From: Antedon mediterranea | Taxonomy: Eukaryota > Animalia > Echinodermata | NCBI RefSeq assembly: GCF_964355755.1 | Contig: NC_092673.1 | Location: forward strand, 3,844,001 to 3,908,000 | Length of the DNA: 64,000 nt | Reading direction: 5' to 3' | Shown: positions 12,951 through 26,800 of the stretch, piece after piece | Numbering within the stretch: the first letter of the stretch is position 1 | Layout of the letters: each line of letters opens with the position of its first letter | Notes under the pieces: generated by a model | Seen by the model: only the letters and a program-made list of their open reading frames with translations | Told to the model about the DNA's origin: nothing | Databases searched by the model: none | Translations under genes and position numbers: made by a program

Positions 12951-15900
12951 ATGTTTGCAGCTCCCTGTTTTTTAAAAATGTCACAATGTTTTAAATTCAG
13001 TTTGTTTCTTGTTATAGTAAATATATGCAGTTTTGGTAATAATGCTCAAAAACCTGATGATGACAGAAAGATACAGGCATTTGTAATTCCACATAGTCAC
13101 ATGGACGTTGGCTGGGTTTATACAGTGGAGGTGAGCGATAAATGTTTATTATTATAAAAAAACAAAGATATTTTAATAACTTTCAATGGACATTTTTTAT
13201 TTTTCAGATACAGCTATGTAATATATACGTGCATCAATGTCGTCAACCCATTGTGCTGAATGTCCAAGAACCATGGTCCCCTTAAGATTTTAATCCGATT
13301 AACAAATACAATTTTTACAAAAGTGACAATATAAGATAATTCATAATGGCAACCACAAACAAATTACCATTGTTAGCAGAGTACTGTCCAATTGTTGATT
13401 ACATAAACCCATAGAACTTGAGGACTAATATCACTGACAAATTATTATATTTAATAAATGGCCTAGGACCAATTTTCTCTGTACATCTATTTTATTATTT
13501 ATTTATTTAATTTATTTTATTCATTTCGGCAATAAACATAAAATAATAATTAAAAAAAAAACAAAAAAAAAAAAAACATAGAAATATATATATATATATA
13601 TGAAAAACAAGACACGAGGCCGAGGAAAGACAAAAGCATTAAACAAAACGCTGTCACCGGTAATGTGTGTCTCTCCAACACATAAATAACAAATAACAAG
13701 AAAATATACTAATATAGTAGACATATCATTTCATTAAAAAATTTAAAAAGTTTCTCTCCGACATTTAAAATATAGCTTTAGAGATAATTTAAAATTAATA
13801 AAAGAACCATTAACAAAAATATCGCGAATCTCATCAATCTTCATCATTGTATAATTCACCATCTCTGGCTCTCAATTATTTAAGGTTTTTTCTAAGAATT
13901 TATTGAAAATATAAAATTTTAATTGAAAGGCTAGTATGAAGGCATATGCAGCAAATGTGTACACAACCGTCGTTGAAAATCTGATGAACCAGCCCGAGAA
14001 ACGCTTCATTGCTGTAGAACAAGAATTCTTCAGACTTTGGTGGAATAATGTTGCCAACAGTATACAAAAGGTAAAAAATAATATGCAATCAGAAAATGTT
14101 TCTTTATTAAATTTAATAACAAACATTTTATCCATATTTAATTACTTTTAATTATAATGGTAATACTTATTATTGTATCTACTGAAATTTGCTAGATTCT
14201 GATCCCAGCTAGCTACTAAAGCTCTGTCTACACTATCAAACTTTATGTGACAACAAAATGTGATGTGCCCATAATATAGAAACGATGATGTCATATCACT
14301 ACCATATTTGGGTATATTACTACCATATTTGGGAAAGTCTTTATTATTAAACAGTGATTGGGTTCGCTTTTGACAATCCTGGCTTTTTGTTACTTTTTGT
14401 ATTTTTATGTATTCTGTTGTTATTGTTATGAGCCGATATTGAATAAATGAAATCAGTAAATCAAATCAAACATTTGGGCACATCACACTTTTTTTGTCAA
14501 ACTAGTTTGATAGTGTATACATTAAGACTTACAAAATTTTTTTATTATTAGAGCAATGTTTATAAACTTATTGAAAACGGTCAGATGGAGTTCATTATTG
14601 GTGGTCAAGTAATGAATGATGAAGCCGTTACAGAATACAGCGCAAACATCCAGCAACTAACAGGTACGAAAACATGATATTTAAAGTTTAATCTGCCATT
14701 TGTCTTCTCAAAGAAAGATTTTTCTTTAGAAAACTTTAATAAGATTGTCTGCAGATGTTGAAAAACAAAACATTCTGCTATATAATTAAATTGTTTATAA
14801 AGTTTCACCATAAAAGGCGGTTTTAGGCGGATGACGATGGGTGGGTCAAGAATTGATGCATGTGGCTAAAAACATCTGATCAGTTTTTAATGTCAAATAA
14901 ATAATGACAAATTTTCTTTAATAGAAAGAATTTTGTGTTTGTTTAAATTTTTCATTTAAAGACATATATTTTTTATTTTGTAGAAGGTCATGCTTTTATC
15001 TATGAAACATTTGGAGTTCGACCTCAATTTTCTTGGCACGTTGACCCCTTTGGAGCAACTGCTGCCATGGCAACTCTGTTTTCATTGGCTGGTTTTAATG
15101 CACATCTCACATCCAGAATAGACTATGACAAAAAGGAGGAAATGATGAAAAACAAGGTAAGAATTTGAAGACTTCATTTTTTATGCATTATTTTGAAACT
15201 ATATAAAAATGTAAAAAATTACAAACAGGTTCATTGACATAAATATTATATAATAATATTAAAGTTATTGTGGCAAACAATTTATAATTTGGTAGAACAC
15301 ACTTTCTCAATCGAAGAAAAACCTGGAATGTCTTTATTAAGGAATGGTAGTGTGGTAGGGATGGGACTTAAAACCCTAATTGACATATTTATGCCTTAGG
15401 CATTTGTACTCACAACAAATTTCCATGGGCTACTGGATTATGAAATTGGGATTTGTGTGACAGAACACAATTCCCTCATCAGTCAAAACTGACTGACTTT
15501 TTTACTATAGGGTCTTCAATTTGTTTGGAAGAGTACTGCAAGTTCTTTTGGATCAAATGAAATATTCACACATGTGATGGACAATTACAGTTACTGTGTT
15601 CCATCAGAACTCCCTTTTTCAAACAGGTTTGTGAAAGACTACAGCTCCTTATCTCTTAAACCTACTGATATGTAAAATCAAGGCAATCTAACAACAGGAT
15701 TCTGAGCTCCGGAGATCAAAAGGTTTATCTGTGGCTGTGACAGGATCAGTTTCAAACCCCTGAAAATTATGTACAGTACAGCACAGTACTGTTGGTATTT
15801 GTCGCAACCAGACATAAGATGAAATGACTGTTACGAGTTCCTATCTTGGCAAGGCAAGCTCAATGTCCTGTTGTTAGATCGCCTTGGTAAAATATAGTAA

Positions 15901-18900
15901 AGATCTTTTCTACTGCATATCCTTAATCTTAATAATCATTTTATTTTTGCAGTATTAATTAGAAAAGCTCTTTTAATAAGATATTCAAATTAGCGGTTTT
16001 ATTTATCTTCCTATTCTTGACTCTTACTCTTAAAATATCACAAAACTTTGCTGTTTTTCTGTTCATTTATGAATGGGTTTCATCTAACTGCTTAAATTGA
16101 ATTGCCAAAAAAAAAAATAACCTAGTTTCATTGTAATATAAATTACAAAACAGTACAATTTATACCATAAAAAAACACTAATAACTACATATTTTTCTCT
16201 TTTGTTTATTATTTCTTTCCTTGTACATTTTATTTACAGAATGAAAATTAATATGAAGTCTATTTATTATACATTGCTCTAGAAGTTTGTCAAGTTATTA
16301 CTAACAATTAATCATTGTAATACTGTATCTTTGCTTTACTAAAGAATGGTGGTATGTTTGCTTTTAAATACATATTATTCATTATTCCAATTTTCCTTCA
16401 ACATATCAATAGTTTTACATATGCAAATTACAAATGTTAGGGTTACTTTAATACACCTGAGTGTGCTTATACAATACAGCAATTTAATCTGCTCATTCTT
16501 ACTAAAGCTAACTCTTCATTTTCTCTTTCAATTTTTTTCTGTAATATTATCTTCATATCAAACCACTGGGCCGTACGTAGCCAGTATGAGGCAGATGAGG
16601 CCCATATATGGACATGATGATGTCATATCACTACCATATTTGGGCTTATCACTTCCATTTTTGGGCATATAACATTTTTTGGCATCTAGTTTGATAGTGT
16701 AGAGCTTTAGGCTACTAAAAATATTGACTACACCATGATTTTAACATAAACTTGATGTTTTGATTCAAAGATCTGGATTCTTTTGGAATGGTGTGGCGCT
16801 GTTCCCTGATCCTCCAAAAGATGGCATCTATCCTAATATGAGTTTACCTGTGACTGATGAAAACCTGAAGGAATATGCAGACGTGATGATTGAAAACATC
16901 AAACAACGTGCGGCCTGGTTCAAAACGAATAACGTCCTATGGCCATGGGTATGGAATAATTATCTTTCTGATAAAAATGAATATAATAATAGGAGAAATA
17001 GTATGGTCTAACCCTTTGGATGTGATATTTAGCCATTGATACTTTTTTGTTGTTTTAAGCTCTGTCTACACTATCACATTGTATGTGAAAAAATAATATG
17101 ATGTGTCAATATGGACATGATGATGTCATATCACTTCTAAATTTGGGCATATAACTACCATATTTGGGTACATCACACTTTTTTTGTCAAACTAGTTTTA
17201 TAGTGTAGACAGGGCTTTAAATGTGTCAATGGATTAAATTTTTTATTATTATTTATTTTAATTTACTGGTTTTCCTACAAATAGATCATTATTACATTTA
17301 TAACCTAGGGTTGTGATAAACAGTTCTTCAATGCTACGATACAGTTTGAGAACATGGATAAACTCATGAAGTACATCCAAGCATCATCTGCGGACTATGG
17401 TGTGTCTGTCAGGTATGCTACCGTCGGTGAATATTTCAAGGCACTGCATGACGCCAATGAATCTTGGGATGTTAAGACGGAGGGCGACTTTATTCCTTAT
17501 TCTTCAGGTAGGTTATATTCGAGCAGTAGTATTAAGAATTTCCATTTTTTGTCAAACTAGTTTGAGAGTATAAACAGAGCTTTCAAAATATAATCTACAG
17601 AAATAAGGTTTTGCTCCGTAATACACATTACCTGTCAGGATATATCATTAAAATTAAGATTTACGTGTTTCATTAAAAACTTGTTATCGCCTCAAATTAA
17701 AATCTACAGCACCTCATGAAGCTTGGACAGGTTTCTATACTTCCAGAAGTTTTCTCAAGGGCTTGGCCAGACATAGCCAATCACTGTTACATGCAGGAGA
17801 AAGTATATTTTCACTGTATACGCATTTACCAAACTCAACTAAAACAATTGATATGACATATGCACTGAACAAGTTAAAGAAGCTTAGATGGTCATCGGCC
17901 GAGGTTCAACATCATGATGGAGTGACCGGAACAGAATCACCAATCGTGCGTGATATGTATGTATCGCATTTAACCTCATCGTCAAATGGTGTCAGAGATG
18001 CAATTGAACAAATGATCGAAGGATTGATTACTAAAGATGATAAGAAGAAAGTTGAGCTTAATTTTCATGGCCATAGAACTAAAGGTATTTGAATATTTGA
18101 AGATAATTCCTTTACAGTTCTTACTATAAACAGGTGAAACTCCATTTAGAATTGTTATTTATTTCATACGCATCCAACGGTGAGCACAGACTCGCCAATT
18201 ACAGGATGGATAAACTGTTTAATGGTTTATAATTTTTCCTGCTTATAAAGAATTGATAAACTATTTGATAATTTATTGTGCTTATAAACTAACTCTCATT
18301 TGAGGCTTAGGAAGTGGAGGTGAAAGAGTCGTGAGTTACAACCCTGGCACTAGGTCAAGAGTGAACACTCAAACTTGGAATTGGAAGGCAATCATGTTTA
18401 ATCATTACAGCATGTGATACATGTTGAGTAAGGTGGAATATAGGGAAGTAGTTACCTAGGGCAAAATGTAAATATGCTACATTATAAGGTATCAAAATGT
18501 ATGAAAAAAACAAGATATTGTTCTTCCAATCTTGTACCATACTCTTTGTCTCCGTGTTGTGTTAGTATCTGCACATCAATTGTATGTTCCAATCCATCTT
18601 AACTATTTTCTATTCATCATTACAAAATAAAAACATAAATGTATTGGCATTTTAAATAATATTTTTTATTAAACTGACAGATCCTGTTAATGGGGTCCTG
18701 AGGATCTCAACCAAACCAGTGCCTATCATAGTTTACAACCCACTTGGCTGGCCAATGAACAGGACCATCAGACTGAATGTTACTGGTAAGAACATCTGTA
18801 TCAAAGACGCAGATGGAAAAAGTGTTCCTGCTCAGGTATGAAGTTTTCTTTAGGTTTTAATGCTGTACATGGCTGCATTTAATCAATCATTTTAATCAAG

Positions 18901-21900
18901 ATGGTTTGAAGTTACTGTAAAGTTAAAATTAAGAAAGCAAAACATTTGGATACTGTACCGGTTACAATTAACTTTTTGAAAATTCATGTTTTACTAAAAT
19001 TTCCTTTTAATTTTACACTATTTATATGATTTTTCTTTTACAGGTTTTACCTTGTTTAAACAAGAGCGGCCCTTACCAGTTGTTTTTCTTCGCCAATTTA
19101 CCAGCATTGGGTTATAATACATACTTTATTCAAAGTGGTTACCAAGACAGCAACCATACCCATGATTCACAGATGACATCATCTACAGCGTATAATAATT
19201 TGAAGCAGACGACGAATTCAAAGCAGACGACAAACTCCAAAAGAAGAAATAAATATACAGAGAAAACTATGGCTATTAGTAATGACTGTTATGCGATAAC
19301 AGTGGATAATACAACCAACTATTTAGAATACATTAAACTAAAGTAAGAGTTTGTTATTGACATTTATTGATTGATTGATTAATTGATGGATGGATCAGAT
19401 TTAAGTAATTGACAATTGATTAATTATTACTTATGTTATTAAAGCTATATAGATATTTACACTTTTTTTTTTCAGACAATCTGGAAAACAAATAAAATTC
19501 CAGAACTTATTTATGGAATATGATGCTCATTCTGATGTTGCCAACGGACAGGTTTCAAACAACTATATCTTCCGACCAAAAGCAGATGCTCAGGTTGTAG
19601 GTCAAAAGGTCAAGTTGGATGTGGTTCGTGGGCCTCTAGTCCAGGAAATACGACAAAGTTTTTATGAGTAAGGTTTATTACATTTTAGAAATAATTAGTG
19701 AAATGCCTACCATTTTTTTTATAATTATTGGTTTGTTTTAGCCTTTTTCAGGACAAACCAAGATATGTTGTAACTTTCCGTCTCTATACATTACCTGGTT
19801 ACCATGACAATCTGATCTGTAACCGCATTGAAGTGGATTTGCAGGTGGGACCTCTGAAGATCAATAAAGAGCTTATTATAAGGTATTATTTAATATATCA
19901 TGAGCTAGGTTCACATTCAGAGTTGATCATGATCAACTTAAGATGTTTATTTGAACCTGCAGCAGAATTGATTCTAAACTTTATGTAGATATGTTCACAT
20001 ATATTGTTGATCATGATCTACTTAAGACGTTTATTTGAACCTGTAGCAGACTTGATTCTGAACTTTATCTAGATATGTTCACATTCATTGTTGATCATGA
20101 TCTACTTAAGACGTTTATTTGAACCTGTAGCAGACTTGATTCTGAACTTTATCTAGATATGTTCACATTCATTGTTGATCATGATCAACATACAACATTT
20201 TACTTGAACCAGCAACAGAATTTTTAACTTAATATATCGTTAGATAGGGTTCACATTCAGATTTACTTGCAATGGTTTATTTCAGCACTCATTTTAAACA
20301 TGATAAAGCATTATCCAAAACAAAAACATTAGTATTCATTGCCTCATTAGACTTAAATGGTACAGGATATTTACTAACACAATTTAGTGTGAAATTGTAG
20401 TCATTATAGTAAAATATTATTCACAATAGTTATAATAGTAAATACTTGAATGAACGAAACTTATAGTAGAGAAAAACTATTTGAGTATAATATAAAGAGC
20501 AGTACATGTACTGCAGTATGTTAACATATTCAAATTGTGATATTAGATTTTTTTTTTTTTTATTTTTTTTTTTTTAACCATATTTAATGAGGGTGATCCA
20601 TCCAGCTATTGCTGATCATTAGGGACCCTCAGAGGTTCACAAGACAAACATATACACAAGATGCTCTACATAAACAAAGTCTTATTACAAGTCTTTGGGA
20701 GTGGAGTAATTTGGTCCTTAGAAAAAATCCTGACGGGATGTGACGGGACTTGAACCCAGGACCCTTGGACTGGTAGACAAGCATCATAACCACCAAGCCA
20801 CAACTCCACTCAGATTGTTAGTACACAGTTAGTATAGGTTAGATTTTTAATTTTAATGATATTTGGTTCTAGATTTACAACAAGTGTACATAATTCTCGT
20901 ACCATCCATACGGATGAAAATGCGTATCAGATGATGGAAAGACGCCCTCGTGATAATGTCTCGGAACCAGTGGCTCAGGTATTCTAAATAATTATTATTT
21001 AGGACATTTCATGTACGCTTCTTGGTGCTAAAGTCTACATAGCAAATGTCCATTTTGACTATTTCCATTTCATCTGGAACAATCCTGTAAATTGCATGCC
21101 ATCTGAGGATCAGCATGTTAAATTATTTTTAGACATGCTCAGATGATCTGTTATTGCGAACAACAAATTATAATATAGCTTTATATATTTTAATTTATTA
21201 GTATTTTTCTCTTTTTTCAGAACTATTACCCCATGGTTTCCACTGCTTTTATTGAAGATATCAAATCAGATATTCGTTTCACTGCACTAGCAGAAAGAAC
21301 CCATGGTGTTGGTAGTATTTCTGATGGTAAAATGGAGGTATGTGGTGGTAGTGTACTGTATGAAGCTCTGTCTACACTATCAAACTTTTGTGATGTGCCA
21401 ATATATGGACATAATGATATCATATCACTACCCCATATTTAAGCATATCACTAACATATTTGGACACATCAAACTTTTTTTGCCAAACTAGTTTGATAGT
21501 GTAGACAGAGCTTTAATACGCCATTCACAGCTTTTTTAAACAGTAGTTCATTCAACCACAACTGTATCAATAATAATTATTATATTAACAAATGCTTCAG
21601 ATAATGTTACTTCGTCGACTTGTCAACAATGAATTTGAAGACCATAATTTCAACCTAACGCTGAATGATACCGTGATTGTCCGTCCTACACTTTGGCTTC
21701 TGCTTGCCAATAGTAGCCTCTCCAGTCTTTTGCAACATCAGGCCAGGCTGCAGTTAGAGAATCCCCCACTAGTGTTGGCTGCTGATTACAGGCAAGAAGA
21801 GCAATTGACTAGTTTGTTTCATTCTAGGAAAGGTATGTTAAAATATGTGCATTAACAAATTGGAAGTCGTTAAGGGCATTGTATTTGACACCCAATCATA

Positions 21901-23383
21901 TTGTGTGATTGTGTATTAAGCTCTGTCTACACTATCAAACTTTATGTGTGTAAGTGTGATGTGCCCAAATATGGTAGTGACATGCTTAAATATGGTAGTG
22001 ATATGACATCATCATGTTCATATATGGGCACATCACATTCTATTTATAGAATGAGCAACATTAATTAATTAATCACTTAAATATATAAATGAAAAATTGT
22101 TTTACACTTTTTTTTGTAGATGTAACAACTCATAGATTCATCAACAAATGGCGCCAGCTTTTTAATTCAAAGTTTTCCAGCATTACATGTGAGCTCCCAG
22201 CTAACGTACATTTGTTAACATTAAAGACACCAGGTTGGAATTATGATGATAACCATTCAAAACATGTGAATAATACTAAAATTAATGTGGAATTTGGAAA
22301 AGGTAGGTACAGGTAGTAGTTTTGAATGCTATATAGGCCTACTTTAATATTTATTATAATTTTATATATGTTTTCATTATGCAATTGGGACTGGACCGTT
22401 TTAGAGGTGTTTACCACCTGTTTGTCCCTTCATCCTTCACTAAATATGTTTTGTCTATGTTTTTTTGGTATGTGCATATTTAGTGAGAAGTTAAATAAAT
22501 AAACAAATTGGTATTTGTGAGATATAAAAAATAAAATGATAATAACCAAATTATTATAAATTATATTCTTCTCTCTGCTGTCTTTTACTGTTCCATCCAA
22601 GTACAGGCAACAAGTTAATTACTTTCTGAGATACACTTTAACTATAGGTGACACAATAGGATAGCATTGCATAACTGCTCACAATGTTATGCATTAGCAG
22701 AGAAGAGTGAAATCACTGTTCCCTGGCATTACAGATATGATAAAACCTTGATATGTAAAATTTCTTAAACCCATTGATTCTTTAATGAAGTCTGCAATCA
22801 TGTGATCTTCTTTTGCAGGAGAAAAAAGAAAAGAGCAGACGACGGAGAATTTCAAAAGGGTCATGGTACGATTTCATCATTTGTTTGCTGAAGGAAAACA
22901 TTCTTCAATGTCAAAACCAGTTAGCATAGATATACAAGTGAGTACCAATTATAAGCCTATCTTTGGGTTTTAAGCTCATCTTTAAGCTCATCTTTAAGCT
23001 CATCTTTAAGCTCATCTTTATTTGTTATTGTTATATTTCTAAATAATTTATATAATTTTGTTCGTAGAAACTGCTGGTAAAGTTTGGAAAGATATCGTCA
23101 ATTGATGAGCGTAGTTTAACTGGAATTTGGTCAAAAGGAGATTTAAAACGTTGGAAATGGAACACAAATACCAAAAATAACAAAAGCAATGAATTATGTA
23201 AGTAATTAATTCCATTTAAAATGTTATTAGTTTTGAGTAAATTTGCTTGAATTTTGTAAAAGTATATAACCTAATAAACAACATTTTATTTAATATTTAG
23301 ATCACCGTGGTGAAGAATTGAGAGGGACAGAATTCACAATATCTCCTCAAGACATCAGAACATTTTTTGTTAAATTCACATAA
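12951..23383 (+). CDS. MAN2B2: Lysosomal/epididymis-type alpha-mannosidase (GH38, MAN2B2 orthologue), 19 exons (12951-13130, 13930-14070, 14552-14663, 14984-15156, 15511-15626, 16771-16948, 17309-17507, 17710-18084, 18681-18835, 19044-19342, 19476-19667, 19742-19882, 20873-20978, 21221-21337, 21601-21832, 22120-22302, 22819-22937, 23068-23197, 23301-23383), about 1076 aa
   Basis: All phases are compatible (3231 nt) and there is a signal peptide. GH38 motifs include PHSHMDVGW (Zn ligands), WHVDPFG (nucleophile Asp), SRIDYD and [12 protein letters not shown]2B2-type segments include [35 protein letters not shown] and [13 protein letters not shown]. The start could be ATG 12951 or 12978. Confidence 0.95.
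14220..14521. mobile_element. MITE family A copy interrupted by a 138-bp retroposon 3' fragment (14334-14471)
   Basis: The family A halves flank an insert ending AATAAA...(AATC)n. ATTTGGG is duplicated at 14327-14333 and 14472-14478. Confidence 0.75.
15679..15886. mobile_element. P-superfamily-like MITE (CAAGG...CCTTG, 21-bp TIR, 7-bp TSD GTAAAAT) in MAN2B2 intron 5
   Basis: CAAGGCAATCTAACAACAGGA and TCCTGTTGTTAGATCGCCTTG form the termini. GTAAAAT is present at 15672-15678 and 15887-15893. Confidence 0.8.
17058..17216. mobile_element. MITE family A copy
   Basis: Same TIRs; TTA/TTA flanks. Confidence 0.8.
19903..20260. repeat. Minisatellite, 84-bp unit, about 4 copies, MAN2B2 intron 12
   Basis: agatatgttcac starts at 19987, 20071 and 20155; the flanking units are degenerate. 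Confidence 0.9.
21364..21512. mobile_element. MITE family A copy
   Basis: Same TIRs and internal repeat. Confidence 0.8.
22969..23020. repeat. 12-bp tandem repeat (TTTAAGCTCATC) x4
   Basis: Four exact copies. Confidence 0.9.
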
Positions 23384-23425
23384 ACAAGCAATTATAAGTA
23401 AAAGCAAATTAAAGACATTATAGTA

Positions 23426-23575
23426 CAGTCAACACCTTTGGGCCGGCCAAATAAGTCTGGTTTTCCGGAAAGTCTGGTATTCGGAATGTGTTTTTAATGG
23501 TAAAAATAAATAAATAAGTCTGGTATTGGGAGAGTTTCTGGTTTTCAGAGAGTCCGGTATTGAGAGAGTTGACTG
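23426..23575. mobile_element. Tc1/mariner-type MITE family C copy in the MAN2B2 3'UTR
   Basis: TA|CAGTCAAC...GTTGACTG|TA, starting 43 bp after the stop codon. Confidence 0.8.
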
Positions 23576-23697
23576 TATTCAAATAATGAAGAGGGGGAGA
23601 ATTAAAAGCCTGGTTGTTCCAAGCCTCAGAGCCTCGTCGAATAGAGCAATCAATCTTTCACTGGATGAAAATAGTGTTCCCATCCAACAAACAAAAA

Positions 23698-23830
23698 TGG
23701 CTGAGCAGTTAAGGCAGGGGCGCTGTTTACCGTACCTAAAGAGCCAACAATATCAGCATGGGTTCAAGGCCGACTTGCTCCTAGTTCTGGTGGAGCAAGT
23801 CTTCTCGGACTATAGGTCCAGTGTACACAG
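23698..23830 (+). mobile_element. Old 5' fragment related to SINE family D
   Basis: tggctgagcagttaag...gggttcaagg...gttctggtgg..agtcttctcggactataggtccagtgtacaca. Confidence 0.5.
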
Positions 23831-26800
23831 TTTGCCCTTGTAAACCCAGTTCATCATTCGAGACGAATAACCTCTGGTTCACAAAATAGCCCCTGTATCA
23901 GGAATCCGCCGCACTCATCTTGAATAAAATTACTACTAGGCCATTCAAATTGGCTGTGGAGTAGAGCAGCACAATAAGGATTGGTTTTAACCAGTCTAGT
24001 GAATTGCATTAGCACCCTCAATTCTTAAAAATGGGAAAAATAATGTATGGATCATAATACAAAATCAACCAATCAAAAGGCAAGGATAGTCTGAGGTTTG
24101 TTTTATAATAGGCTCTATTTGATGAGTATGCAGCTAGTATGGATATTATTCACACCTGTAGTAAGACCATTTCAAAGGTCATTTAAAACACAAGATGACA
24201 CGTTTTAAAATGTGTATCAGTAACATTTATTTGAACACACCCTTTATGAGGTAATTAGTGTCATCAAACATAATTAATCTAATATGTTGAATTTACAAAT
24301 GAGTAAACACTGTAACATATGGTATGGTAGTCTCTATGACTTGACAACAGTCTACAAAATTACTTTTTATTATGGTAAAATACTTTTTTAGTTGTACAGT
24401 ATTTTATTTTTATTGTTAAAGTGATACGTGTTTTCACATTGTTATGTTTAATTCTCTTCCCCTATGACATTCAAACAACATCATAACAAAATCTTCTGGG
24501 AGGAGTTGATAGCCACACTGACTTCTCTATTCTGTTGAGATAAATTATTAATAACAAGTCAATATGATATTTTGTATGTTTTGAATTTTTGTATAATTTG
24601 AACATCGGTAAATCACAAACAAATATTCCCAAACATGTTTGTTTTGTCCATTTTGGTTAGGATTCCACCATACTTTATTTGGAGTAGACCGGCCAAGACA
24701 AAGTATTGGATAAGTGTTTTTATAAATATCCCTTACCTTTTGTTTACATAACAACATCACCATCCAGTTCCTCTACTGCAAAATATGATTTATGGTTGAA
24801 TATTAACTTATTGAAGATTAAGAATTGTATTTAGAAGTTAATTGAAATTTGTCAAATTACTTATACAAATATATAAAATACCAAATTACTGATAGCCACA
24901 TAGTAAATTATGCATAGTAGTGTAACACTCGTTTTGCTGAGACAAGGCTTATACATAATACAGTATTAACAATGTCATAATTCATCTTTTAAGTAACAAG
25001 TCTATCAATAAAACCTTGGCTGTTGGCTGTGTTCGTCTAAAGTTTGTGTTCGTCTAAAGTTTGCATCATAAAAAAACATTCAATTACAATAACATTTGTT
25101 TTTTTGATGTTTTTCCTCTCCATGTAGTCTGGGATAAATATTTTGGCAGATATGGCGTTTCATACGTATACTACTTGATTTTGTATTTTCAGACAAAAAT
25201 CGCGGTCGAAATAAAAACAAATAAATTTAAAAAAAAGATAATACAGACTTGGGGCAAGTCTACTCTCCATGTTGCTCTACATTTACTTACATGTTCGTTT
25301 AAGTAACTGTCCACCTCCGTCACCATCAGACCCAAACGAGTACATCCATGAATCTGATCCAATGTCTAAATTGAACAGAAACTAATTCAAAAATGTATAG
25401 ACATGGTGATGTCATATCACTACCATATTTGGGCACATCACACCTTTTTTGTCAAACTTGTTTGATAGTGAATTAAAATATAATTATTTTATGATCTCCC
25501 TCTTTCGTGAAAACAAGATATTATGAATACTAGACTACTTTTTCAATTCAATTCACTTTTAAATGATAATATAGGCCTAATAAATAAGAAATAACATAGA
25601 CAAAAAACAATAAATCTGGGGGAAAGGAAGAAGGCAAGATCCCAGAAAGATGCAGGATCTTGAGTCGGCCTGCCTGGGACACAAAACAAAGGGACAAAGT
25701 AAAGCGGGACTCGGAACAGGACAAATCAACAGAAAGCAACAATGACCAGTCCCCAATGACCAAAACCATGATGATCACCCATATACCCCCTCCACCCTTC
25801 AAACCCTCCCCATTTTTAGGCTAGCCCCATTATTCTATATTCACACTTTTACAATACTTACTATCTTCTTCTGGGCCAGCTGATTAAAACGAGATACACA
25901 AAGATAAGTTTTAATGTTTTTATTTGTTTTTAAGCAAGAAATTTCAAAATGTGCTGTGCTGTGCTTTTATACTTAGCATGCTTGTAAACTTAGTGTTATT
26001 TTTTTATTATAATCGGGTGTTTTTATTAAAATATAAAAGATAAATAGACGAAAGTAATTCATTGATCAATAAATCTAAAAAAAGGTGGAAAATATGAATA
26101 TATTGGCAATGTGTTATTACTATGAAAAAACAACAAATAGGTATATAATATTGTGCTCTCATTCATCATTCTGATCTGTACTTTTTTCTTTTTTTTTTGC
26201 TTAATATATGGTATAGGCCTAACTAATTATTGTTAACATTTTTAAAGTGCAAAATATGAATATATTAACAAGGTGTTATTACTATAAAAAAAAATAGGTA
26301 AGATAATATTCTGCTCTTATTCTTCTTCCCTGTCCCGTAAGTCAAGTTAAGTATAAAAAAATTCCAAGAGGCTTTATTTATTAAACCATTTGTTTTATCC
26401 TATTGAATAGAGTTTGAAAACTTAACTTAACTTTTACGTAAGCAAACCATTGACTTAAAACAAAGCAATCTGAACTCTGGTAGAATAATTAATGACAAAT
26501 AAATAGGTTTTGTAAAATATCTGAAAATGTACTATATGAATCGAATATATTATTGCTCCTATCTTCCAAAGGCAAATTACTGAAAATTACAATGCAGGCT
26601 GGACCTCAATAGAGATACAAAATAAAATAAGCAAAAGGCTAAATCAAAACGATAAAGTAAATATACTTATACACTTGTAAATATGCAAACATAAATGTGT
26701 GATTCGAATGAAAGCGTGCTGTTAAAGATATAGGATTCTTCTGAAGAAGACATATGTAACAAGTTATGTTGAATTGTGTGCTGTAAGCTCGTTAAAAACA

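Noticed and set aside
19742-19751. Second acceptor (ttcag at 19751) for MAN2B2 exon 12
   Set aside because: Using it would frameshift; the AG at 19740-19741 keeps the frame.
23526-23843. 105-aa plus-strand ORF after MAN2B2
   Set aside because: It has a non-ATG start and is stitched from MITE C and an old SINE fragment.
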